Of a stretch of DNA of 64,000 nt, positions 12,901-24,900 are shown in pieces (within the stretch, counting starts at the first letter, position 1; each line of letters begins with the position of its first letter). A model generated the notes under the pieces. The model did no database searches. It was not told where the DNA came from and worked only from the letters and a program-made list of their open reading frames with translations. Source of the stretch: Laetmonice hystrix (Eukaryota); NCBI GenBank assembly GCA_965235115.1, contig OZ249440.1:9300001-9364000 (forward strand), in the 5' to 3' direction. The position numbers and the translations under genes were made by a program.

Positions 12901-15900
12901 TTCGTAAACAGGCGTGCTGGTAGGCACGTGGAGCGGTATCGGAAAAAATAACCGTCCTTGTTTGGGATCCAGTAAAATGTGCACATTGATTCCTAGAACC
13001 ATGGAACACCCTCCGCTATCAAAAAGAAATCACCAAGGAGTTAACCCTTATGATGTACAAGTATCTACTGTAGCACGTTTCATTCTAATGGCGTTGGCTG
13101 AATCAAAGGGTTGTGTTGAATTTGGAATCTATGAGTCGATCTGTTTGATGGCCATGACAATGGCGGGGACGAGACCAGAGTTAATAGTGACCTCGATGGT
13201 TTTGTCATGTGGACAAGGGGGTAGTTTATTCAAGTGGGACATCCTTGGATAGGTAATTACCAGCAAGGATGGCCTGGAAAAAGTCGTTGGCCCACACAGC
13301 AGGCACCAAGTGGGCGGCTAGCAGGAAAGTAGAATGCAGAAATTCGGTGACGAGCAACAAATTATGCAGAAAGTGGGTGACTGGTAACAAAGCAGGTAGA
13401 AAGGAGACGGGCAAAGAACGCGTCACGGGATGTTGTAATTGATGAGACTGACTCAGCACACTTAGAGGAGGAAGAGGAAATGTGGGCAAGGAGTGTGCAA
13501 TAGATGGGATTAGCGGGGAAGGAGTGTGCAATAGATGAGGCAGTTATTGGGTAATTCAACACTCTTGTTTGCACTCGTAAGCAGGGCATAAGCTATTTAC
13601 ATGTCAGCAGTGAGTTCATTGCTGTCTATCCGACCCAAAACTACCGTGGAAAAACCCCACAGAACAGATTTAGTTGTTTGATACTTTCAAGAGCGATCGT
13701 TTGACAAAACCGGGGCCCTGCATAACATTGTTTCTGCTCTTTTGATATTCAAAGAGGAAGTGAACACAGTAATGCATTTATTTTTCAAAAGAACAGATAT
13801 AAACTAAATGGCATGCCCGATAAAAGGTTCGGTTCTATGTTGTGATATTGTAAAGTAAATTGATTATGCTTCCACGAAAGGGAAAAATGACGAGGTCTTG
13901 CTCAGTGATTTGCTAGAACCAGCTTCCTGCCATAGCTTTATTTCAATGTGGGTGTGCTGCGTGTTGCGGTAGCATAGTTGTGCGCGAGATAAAAGAGGGT
14001 TATGCTTTCAAGTGGACAGAATTGTTTCCCTCCCGCTATGATAGCGAGCCACCGACTGGCATGTTAGTTGGTGGCGCTGATCAAGCTTGGTCAGGTCACA
14101 GAAGTGCAGTAGGGTCACAGCAGTCGGGTGGGGTGGGGGTGGGGGTGGGGGTGGGGGGGGGTTCCATTGGCCATCTAGTCAGGACACAGATAGATTCTAG
14201 TGATTAGGGGAATACACGAAATGCTGTCCTTACGCCTGTGTCTTTTTAAAATTAATTTTTATTATTATCTTTTTGGTACCTGCAGGTACATTAGCACCAT
14301 TTTTGATTTAGATCCTAAAACAGACGGGTTTGACATGGACAGGCAAAGCTGGCGTTGCGGGATGAATGCTAGCTCCGACACCCAAAGTTGATAAGCATTA
14401 ATACGCTTATCTTGACTGGATTAGGCGAGAGTGAGAGAGAGAGAGAAAAAAAAAGGAGGATGAAAATAACTGTCAAGTAAAATTAAGTGTTGCTAAATGG
14501 CCTCGAGCCGCAGATGTCAGTGGGAGGCGATGTTGACTCGGCATATCGAGTAAATGGCTTTGGGCAGGCAAGTCGGGCCTTTTCTGTCCAAGCACGCAAA
14601 TTAAATTGGTTTAGATAATGGTAAGGCGTTTAAAAATGCAACTAGCCGGCAGGTGTTCTGGCCATGTGGATTCTTACGAGAAACAAAGTAACAGGTTGAA
14701 AAAGACTGTTGACACAGAGGAAAGTGACGGATGGCCTTCCGAAGGTTGGCCATAGAATTCTATACTTATTGCCCCATTTCCAGTCAGGTCATAAATAGGC
14801 TTTTTCCATGCGCCGGGAATATTGCTTCTGTGGAGGAGAAAAGGGCGATATGGTTTATGTGAAAGTCATCTTTGAAAAATAAGGCATGGGGAATGTTGAT
14901 TTGTGGTCAGAAATTCGCAGCTGCGTGGAAAACTTGTTCAATGCTGTGATGTAGCGGTGGCAAACCATGTCTACAGCACCGTGTTGTATTCACTTTGAAA
15001 AAAAACTAAAATGAAAAAAGGAGCGAAAAAACAAATATGAAGTCTGTCATGAGTAGTATGTAAATATTAACGGCATCATTAATATGGTGGCGTCTGTGCG
15101 AGGCGGATCCGAAGCTAACATATTGTCGCCATGGCGGCAGCGTGTCAACACAGGTGGGGAACATGATTATTTCAATGAGTACCTCCCGCCGGCGGGGAGG
15201 GATAGATATGTGTTCAGCGTGGCGCGCCCATCGCAGCAGCTGTCCGTAACCATGGCCAGAACCGTTGAGTCGTCCTTGGTCTCCTGCCCCTCCTCCCCCT
15301 CCTCCTCCTCCCTTCTCCTTCTCCTCCCTACTCCTCCTTGTCTCCGTCACCAATATGAAAGCTCCCGTCGAAGATGAATATTTCAGAGACGACCCCCAAT
15401 GTGTCTGATTGAATCCAGCAGGAGTGAGGTGTTGAAGGCAGACGTACAGCAGCCTACTGATTGAGGCGAGCACCATGTTCACACTATGTTTATCCTTATC
15501 TTCACCTATAGTGGGAGATAATGTATTACAATCTGTTTAGGCTGAGATAGAGGCACTACCCGATCGCTTGCCTCATCCCCCCCCCCCCCCCCACCACTCC
15601 CGGTATGGCGGTGGCACGTACGTCGCTTATGAAGGATTTAAAATATTTAGAGCTCTTTGCAATGCACCATTATCATGTGGTGGCAGGACGGTGAATGTGA
15701 TCACGTTACACAATATACATAATAATAGGGCGACCCCATCGTCAGGATTGTCGGGCACGGGTCGATCAACCTCACCGCCCGTCATCAGGCCCCCACATGG
15801 GGACGAGACAGAGAGCGGTCGCAAATTAAATGTAGGTAAAACGGGGTAATTTACGTGAGGAACACACACTGGGACCCGACCGAGAGGGCAGGGAGGGAGG

Positions 15901-18900
15901 GTCGTGAACCTGGTTATGTTTTTATGGACATCAATATTGATGACAAACATTTTGAGCAATTAATGAATAATTTTACAGTTATGCACTTGAACGCAGTTAC
16001 ACTTGGCTTGGTAGAGTATACACACAGACAGCAGGTCGGATCACGTTGCCATGGTAACGCCTCAACAACAAACAGGTCGATGTTTTACAAACTTTACATA
16101 GCCGGGGTTGGAACTTTACATAGAAGAGAGATGACGTTATCGGCGGCGCAGCGATCATGACGACGAAAATACCAGATAATGATCGAGCTGATTCACAGGA
16201 ACACACACAACACACGACACGGGATGCCCCCCCCCCCCCTGAGAAAGTCAAAGTTGATAGGGGAAGGGGGGATGCGCCCTGGCTACCTGATGGTGCAATG
16301 AACGTTGTTGTTATTGAGTGTTGTCAGTGAAACGACCATTGTGTTGTCTTAGGGTTCAACTGTTTCGTGTCGTTGGGCGCAGCTGAGTACTGTAAAGCTC
16401 CTGTCCAATGACAAAAGACGCCCAGGTGGAAAAAAATCCGAAATCTTTTCAATATCGAACCTTTAACAATATCGGATACTGATCCATTGAAGTTTTCGAG
16501 AGATATTTCCAGGAACGGAGGAAAGTGTGATGAAATTGCTGGTGTTTGCATGTAGTTTAAAGATATATGTAGTCATGGAATAAAGGCAGGTTGTGTAAGA
16601 TTTTGAGTAAAGAATGAGCGAGGACATGACGACAGACTGGTGTGAGTATATTCCAGTAAGTAAAAACCCAACCCGTCAGTGTTTACCTCGCAAAGGTGGA
16701 ATAGAAAAGAAGCTCAAGGAAGGGAAGCTCAAAGGGGGAACAGAATTTGAAGGGAGTTTATTAGATCTGTTTGAATTGCTGGAGGGGGCGGGAGAGGGCT
16801 GGGAGTTCAATTTGGCCATCACTACTGAATTTTGTCTTTGGCCATAAGGTTGCTTGCCACAGAGATGCCAACTATGGGGACGGAATTGATAGAACATCGG
16901 CTGGCCACTTAGAAGAAGAACGTTTTACGCTGTGTGAACATGTTGGTGTTGGGAAACTTTGAGTGACTTTAGGCGGCAGGCGGTGGACGGAAGAGAAAGT
17001 TGAACTTTATGGGCAGTGAGGGTGGGGTTGTCGTCGTTAGACGTCCTACAGTAGGTGGTCGTCGGCGTTGGCATCTCTGTGACTCGGCACGTAAATATGG
17101 CCGCCGCTGTGACATGAGTACTTGACTAAATCTACGCCTCCGTTTCCTCCAATGGCAGATCAGAATTGGCGGTCACATGACATGAAAGAATTTGAGCTCC
17201 ACTTGACGTGTGACGCCAACTACCAACAAATAAAGCGTGTGCACTGAACATGTCCAGGCTATGTATGCCTTTTCATTCCTATTTTATTTATTATTTGTTA
17301 CCTTTTTATTACATCGTCATTTTCCTCTTTATCCTACTGTCTTGCCCTTACCGTGAGTGGTATCTCCGTGGTCGGATACATTTTATCAAACTACTTCAGT
17401 CGACTAACTAGTACGCACCATTTGACATGTTTAGAGAAGGAAATAAATTTGTTCATCATTATATTTGTTCCTAGGTATTATGGAAAAAATCGACTAGAAG
17501 TTTTTATATTGTTTACCATCTCAAGGCAGTCTTTTTTTTAGCTCTTTCTCTTCCTTTTCTAAATCCACTAATTCACCCCGTTCAAAACGAACGCGTTTCG
17601 TTCGCCCGGATGACCTCATTATGAACTTCACCCATAATGAGGTCAGCAATGGGTCGTTCCAATTTCTATCCTTGCTCCGTTTTTTTTATTTGAATGTCTT
17701 ACGATTAGCTGAATGCAGTGCAACACAGCCAATACTATTAACCTTTGCCTATCTGCTAACCCAGCGGCCTGTCGGTGCAATGCTTTTATTTTTTGGTAGT
17801 AGGCCAAGAAATAAGTATGAAGAAAACAAGTCTGATTTTGGGGTAAACCTGTGTCAGCTTTAAAGAGGTCAGTTGCCATGGAAACGTGTAACAGTTGAAG
17901 GGATACAATGTGTTGGGGTTTAGGATGGGATTACCAGAATAGAGGCTTCCCATGGACAGTTACCGTTGGCAAGCGGAGTCATCCAGTATCTGCAGGCTCC
18001 AGTTATTCAGGAATTCAGGAGGTGGTAGTTGGATAAACGGGAAATAATAATAATAATTTTTAAAAAAGCTATGGGGATGGGAAAAATAAGGGCATTGCAT
18101 GAGGTCAGGTCTGGCAACATTTGACTACCGTACTTTTAGAAAGTGTTTTTCCTGCTCTGTATGTGTGTCTATGATGTGTGGTCGTTGTAAATGTGGCCGG
18201 TTGGCGAAGTATGTTCTTTACATTAACAAGATGCCTCCGAACCCCCCAACCCCAGTCCCCTCACCCCGCCCAGGTAAATCAGTACACCTTGGCCAGACAG
18301 ACCCACCTCTAACATCCGACCTCGCAGTCCTCAAAAAGTGAAACTGGTATGACTAAAATTTTGATATGGGCATCCAAAAAGCTTCTCTTTTTGGGGTTAG
18401 CCTTTGTGGATAGGCTGCGGCTGGATGGGTTGTCTCAGCTCCGGCACGGAGAGTAGACTCGAGTATACGACGAATGAGGGGAAAACAGACTCACGCGTAT
18501 GTAGACACTCAAAAGGTGAAAGAAAATCTCTTGTGTGGGCGGGCAGGAAGAAGTTAAGCAGGTGCCGGACTTGCACAAAGTTACTCGAGACGAGATGACG
18601 TAGTCGGGCAGACGGCAGAGAGTTGAGGCCCAAAGCGAGGCAGAGCGATGGTTGCTGCGCATGACAGCTACATTACATTTTCTGACCGACAGAGGGCGCT
18701 GTGTAAGGCCAGGTGGGTGTCGGTACAGTTAAGGAGATCCCGACTCCCTGTTGTATTGTTGGTCTCGTCAGTTTCACCATAGTGAACAGAGCACCAGTCT
18801 CATCCGTCAGACGGGAGGCCCCGTGAGGATATTTACCCGGGGGCTGTAAGTTAACATTCGGACAACCCCACCCAACCCCCCACTCCTCACCCCTAGAACA

Positions 18901-21900
18901 CCCATACAGCTCCCCATGGACTGGCATGTAATTAAAGTCAGCTATAGAAGAGGGAATTAGAATGCTAATGCCAGCGGGCCATATGTGACATGTATGTCAT
19001 GTTGGCCGGTGGCAACCCGGGCACCAGTCTCAAGATACCTGGCCTTCAGCGCCTACAAGGTCCGGGTAAGGAAAACACGGGAAAGTCAGTGTGCAGCCAG
19101 GGTAAGATGGGAATGGATGCTGCCAACCTTAGATCCGGAAGGGGGCTGGGAATGGGGGGGGAGAGCACCCCCCCCGTCCCCCTTTTTTTAGATCGTCTCA
19201 TTTGGCAGCTTGCCTGATGGTTTACAACTACTTGCAGAGTTCGTTCCGTTGTAGTTAAACATGACAGCCATTGCGGCCAACCGGCAGTTAAGTGGGGATG
19301 AGACCAAACACCAGTCCTGGTCCCCACGAAAAAGACATTTTCGTACATAATTCATTGATGTTTTATTGTTTATTGAATGCAGCCCCCCCCCCCCCCCACC
19401 GCCACCACCACCTCCCCACCACCACCACTATCACCACCACTACCACCACCTTCCCCCCACCCCATCCTTTCCCCCGTCCATCCCTGGGTTTATGTTTTCT
19501 TCACTTTCACCACCGCATGTCTCATTTTGTCCCATTCACAGTCCTGTTCTCTGATTGAAACGATTCTCCGTTTTTCATCCCCTGATTACCAGCACCAAAA
19601 CCTGTGTCAGTATCATTCACTTGCAATGGGTGATTTTGAAATCCTCTGAGGATTACGAAAAGCGACACTGTAACAATGCATCCTATGATTGAAAATGCTT
19701 TTTGAATGTCACAAATGTTTTTGACTATTTTGGCCGAAAATGAAAGTTTTGCCTTTGTATAAGCTAAATGGAATCGGTTATTTTTTCAGCCATGAAAACA
19801 TTGGGAATGTTGTAGTTTTCCCTGTAACGACTTAAGTATATGCTGAAGAGAACACGGCATCTTGTTTTACGTAGTCTCATTTTCACACTATTTCTAATCT
19901 CTCTTTAACACTTTGCACGGTCTTGCATATTTTATTTTCGGTGTTATCATCCCATGATTAATTCCCCGGAATAATGATGTTTGGAATTTAAAGCATGGAA
20001 TCCCATTACCGGCATAATCTGATGTTTCCAAAATTAGGTGCGGCGTCAGAAAACTACGAATTGATTTTTGGTTAATGACAAGGACTGTGCGGACACCAGC
20101 CAAGACGTGCATATACCTAACGGGCTTCGAATAAAAGGAGGGGCGGGGGTTCCTCTGTCGCGTCACCGCCGTGAAATTACACAATAATGGCAGGGTAATT
20201 AGCTAAAGGCAGCCTCCATTTTGTTCTAATTAAGCAGCAGTTATCATGGAAATGTTTAATGGCCAAATAACGGCTGAACCGACATAAACTGATGAATGTT
20301 TGATCGGTTGTGTCACACCAGGAGGTGGCAGCTCCTAGGAGACTGTGGCTCGCTGTAGGACGAGGCCCCGAATCCCCTGTCAGGCCGACTGGAGAATAGG
20401 CGATGAGCCCCGGCCCGAGCCCAACTTCACCCCTAGTCATTGAAGAAGCTCCCATAGCACCAGCCTATGAATTCTCTATACCTGTAATATTTGAGCTTTA
20501 ATGGAGTAATTTGTGCAGTCCGGAAGTGATTAAATGGACGCGGTTGAATTTTTCATTCCTACTTTTAAAAGTCCGAGACTGGTTCTGGAATGGAACTTTC
20601 CCGCAGTCTACTGAGACGGGGGACGTTAATAGTGCAGTGGGCTGGACTGACAATAGGACCCTTTAGGACACAAGAGGCAGTTCACAGCAACTTCTATTTC
20701 CAACAAGTACGTGTTAGGGGGCCACGGATACCCCAGGAGCATCTATCAAAGTGGTGTCCCTATTTCAAAAGTGGCTCAGAAACTTAGGGAATTGAAGGAG
20801 TGCAATGAGCTGCAAGAGTTTAACATCGATGCTGGTTTTCGAGTCCGACTGCTCCATTTGACCGCAGAACAGGACTTTGGGAGTTTGCGAAGAATTGGGG
20901 TTGTCCGAAGGAGTGCATGTTACAACAGTGAAGCATGTGCAATCAAAAGCAACTACGGTTGCTAGAATGATCTAGAACCGTGTGTGGTTTTGGTGTTTGT
21001 TCGGTGGCAAGCATGGTTGGATGATGTAGACTAGCAGTAAGGTCGAGTCCCAGCCAAGTCGACAACCATAATATATGTCTGTTATTCACCGAACCCCAAT
21101 CCTTCCATATAGGCAGTAGTCCTAATGTGTCTGGCATTAGATGGTGGAGGGAAGGCGAGTGTGAGCGGTGACAATTAGCCTGGAGGGGCGACGAGTCGGG
21201 AGGAGACGATCAGGAGGAGGTTACAGCCCTCCTGGCTCCAGTGATCCTCTCCGCACACACCCCTCAACAAGGGCCACAAATGAAGAATTGCGAGCGAACC
21301 AAAACGGGCGTGGTTGGGCCGGCTGTTGGCAAGTGTAGCGTAAATTGGCAGGTTACCGTGAGTGACCCGCCCGTAGTGGGGGGCTGGGGGGCTGGGGGGG
21401 GGGGGGGGCCTGGAGTGTGGTGAAGGTCCCTGACTTGAGACGGTTCAAGTCTGCAGAGCACAGTGATCAGAGTGGTATAGTAGTCTTTACCCTAACCCTC
21501 TACCCCCCCTTCCTGGCCGGGGCTGAGATGAAGCTATTCCTCCCATCCCCTGCCAATAAACACCCCCATGCTTCCCGCTACCGCCCGCCCTGCTGTGTGA
21601 TTATGAGTAGACACCGTCTGATTCAAGGTCGAAATACAAAAGTCGAGACATTTCGGCTCATAATCACACGTTTCCAGTGTGTGCACGCAGAGCGAGGAGG
21701 GAATCCTCAATGCCATGTTGGCTGTCAGGTTGGCTGGTTCGGACCTTGCCAGCCAGGGCACACACTATTCCTACCCTGGCCTGCCTTACCCGTCTCAACA
21801 GTAGCGGCAGAATGGTATTCATACCATATGAACATTGCTGAATGCAACCAGCGATGCAGCGGCTATGAAACTAGCCCGTCTCAACCCAAATGGCTTTCTC

Positions 21901-24900
21901 ATGTACGGCAGGTGCATATAAAATTTGGTGGAAATTCTCAATTTAAACTTAGGTGTGGCGAGGCAGAGCAGCCCGCCTTGGAACAGGAAGCTGTACCCCT
22001 TGCGGTTGACAAACCAGAATGTTTTTCCTGGCAGTTTTGCATTTCCACTGGTATTGTTTTGCTGGTGGAGGCATAGTAAGCTGCGGAAATGTGATGTAAT
22101 CCATCTTATCGTAATAGTGGAGGAAAGTCGGCGTGGTCAGGCAGATAAGGCAGCCGTAATAAAGCCATTTTCACCTCGCCAATTGATCCGTGGTGAAGTT
22201 ATCCATTCATCAACCATTGTAGCACCCGTTTCTGTTTGACATGAGAAATGATACTCAAACCACATCAATTGTAATAAATTTGTCCGGAAAGTGCACCAGA
22301 TGTATTGTGCATTGAACCAGCAGACTTAACCTGAATGTCCCGAGCAAAGCCCAAAGCCATTAAACACAATCGATTCAGAGGGGATTTCTCCTTTTTTTTT
22401 ACCCCAAAAAGGGTCCATTTTAAACCAAATTTCGGTGGTTTTATTACCCATTCATTGAATTTCTGACATATGTAAATTTTCACTAAATCAATGTCTACAC
22501 AACAGCATCTTCTGTGCAGGATTTTCTATGCCCATCATATTTGCTGATGTGCATGAATGGGTGGTGACTCATTTGTTGCTTGCCTGGTTACGTGAATACC
22601 TACCTTGCCTTGGCCGCCATAGATCTAAGTTAACAATCACCACTTGAATTCATTGTGCCGCTATTTAAGAATCTGGTCGATCCCGCTCGGCTCTGCTATG
22701 TTGCGCTACGCCATTTGCCATAGTACTTGTTTAACCAAGCATCCAAAGTTTCACATGTTAAATCTAATATTCTATAGCCGTGAGCTTTTCAAGTCACTCC
22801 AATGTAACCCTCTTTTCATGCAAACCCTTTTTTTATTACAGCTTATAGATTTTTGTTAACAAATTTCCGAAACGCAAGCTAATGGTTTGCATGGTGATCC
22901 AGCTGTCCGAGGATAATATCCTTCCCATGAGCTGAGTTTCTTACTCTATAGTCAGTAGTGTCCTTTTAACAGAAAAAGGTTGCCAGGGTCTGTCAGATTA
23001 GGAAAACAAGAAGAGGCTCACAACTAAATACTATCATGCAATTAGAGTATAATTTAAGGGAAGGGGTAAGTTGTCCCCCTCTGATCGTGAACTATTTGTC
23101 TCCGGTGATAATTTATATGAGGACAGTGTAGGGTTACAGTAAAGTAAGGATGGTTACCGGAGATTGTGTCGTGAAGATGTGAGCGAGAGACATGAACCTT
23201 GTCGTGACGGTTGTGAGTGCACCAACCAGCCACGTTTTGGGGCCTACCACAGCCCAACCTCGACCCACACTCACTGGTGGTGTAAACACCAACACATCAT
23301 ACAGTTTCATTCACGTCAATACCACGGCTCCCCTCACTCCCTCCCTCCTTCCCTGTACCCATCCGTCCTTACTCCCAACATCCACCCAGATCTTACAATT
23401 CCTGAAATGTTTCTTGCCCCGATCAGTACACGTCCCATCCAGCGGTTGCTGGCGCCAATGACCGACCGCCACTAACTCATCAACTATTGCTTTTGTAGAG
23501 ACTGTAAAATCATCCGCGACCCACAAACGCTCAAGTCTCGGGGCTACGGATTTGTTTCATTCGTCAAAAAAGAGGTGAGTGGATTTTGTTGTCTTGATGG
23601 CAGATTACGGTTCGGGGGTCCAGTTTTTTAAGATCTTGCTTAAGCTTAACATTTTTGGTTGGCTGGTCTGCGTAAGTTTTGAAAAGCTGAGCCCAGGGAT
23701 ATATTCCGACGTGCCTGCTGGGCCGTTCCTCATATAATAGACGGGAAGGTTTTTAGATCAGAAAAGTGTTAACAATTTGCTTGTATCTTGTTGCTTTTTG
23801 TTTAAAAGTACAGGTTTTAGCTGATATATTTCCTTTACTGGGTGACCTTGAAGTTGCATGTTTGTCCAGGTCGAACTGAGGTTACTTCTATCCCAAGATG
23901 ACTAGATTAAATTTTATAATATCATATACGTTATCAGCATCGACCTAGCCCAGATCTGCACCTTATAATGGTAAACTTGAATGTGTCGTTTTTTCCGCAA
24001 GTAGGCGAGGAATCAAAAACATTGGTGGGACTAAAATGGGGGTTTGAGTGTGAATGGCCAGGTAGCCCTTGCGTAGGGGGTTACGGTTGGGGTGGAGGGA
24101 GAGAGGAGGGTTCCCGGTACATGAAGCTGACCACAAGGCAGCATCACCCGGCCACTTGGCATTCTGTCCAGGTGTGCTTTATGTCCACCCATCAAGTCGG
24201 CGATATCTGCAATCGCTCAAAGCGGGCGCCAACAACACATGGCCGGAGCGTGCCCTGACGTCAGTAATGGGTCGATCCGTCAAACGTCAGCCGTGGCCAC
24301 GTTATCCCGCATTCACGGCCACATGCCACCCGACGGGTCGGGCAGGTGGCGCGACGGGCCGAGCCCCAGGCTGGCCCTAAACACGTGGCTTTGTGTCTAG
24401 GTGTAGCATCGTGGCGGTCCGGCAAGGGGGGCGCTAGACGTGGACGGTCCGGCAAGGGGGGCGCTAGACGTGAACGGTCGGCAAGGGGGACGCTAGACGT
24501 GGACGGTCCGGCAAGGGGGGCGCTAGACGTGGACGGTCCGGCAAGGGGGGCGCTAGACGTGGACGGTCCGGCAAGGGGGGCGCTAGACGTGGACGGTCCG
24601 GCAAGGGGGGCGCTAGACGTGGACGGTCCGGCAAGGGGGGCGCTAGACGTGGACGTACAGAATATTACAATGATAATGACAACGGGGACTACAATGAGGC
24701 ATGGCCAATAGATGTCAGCATCATGTTGGGCATTCCTGGGGCAGTAATCAGACCAACCCAAAGTGATATCACCATACTCGGACAGCAATCAGACCAACCC
24801 AAAGTGATATCACCATACAGTGACAGCAATCAAACCAACCCAAAGTGATATCACCATACAGTGACAGCAATCAGACCAACCCAAAGTGATATCACCATAC

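Noticed and set aside
17258-17352. Possible 95-nt exon ending at a GTGAGT donor (17353) just upstream of the cassette candidate
   Set aside because: The upstream AG (17256-17257) lacks a pyrimidine tract and the exonic donor positions are poor; kept only as part of the U-rich island.
21417-22076. 219-aa ORF, the longest outside repeats
   Set aside because: No recognisable domain or motif, starts at GTG, intronic, no splice support; ORFs of this length arise by chance in 64 kb.
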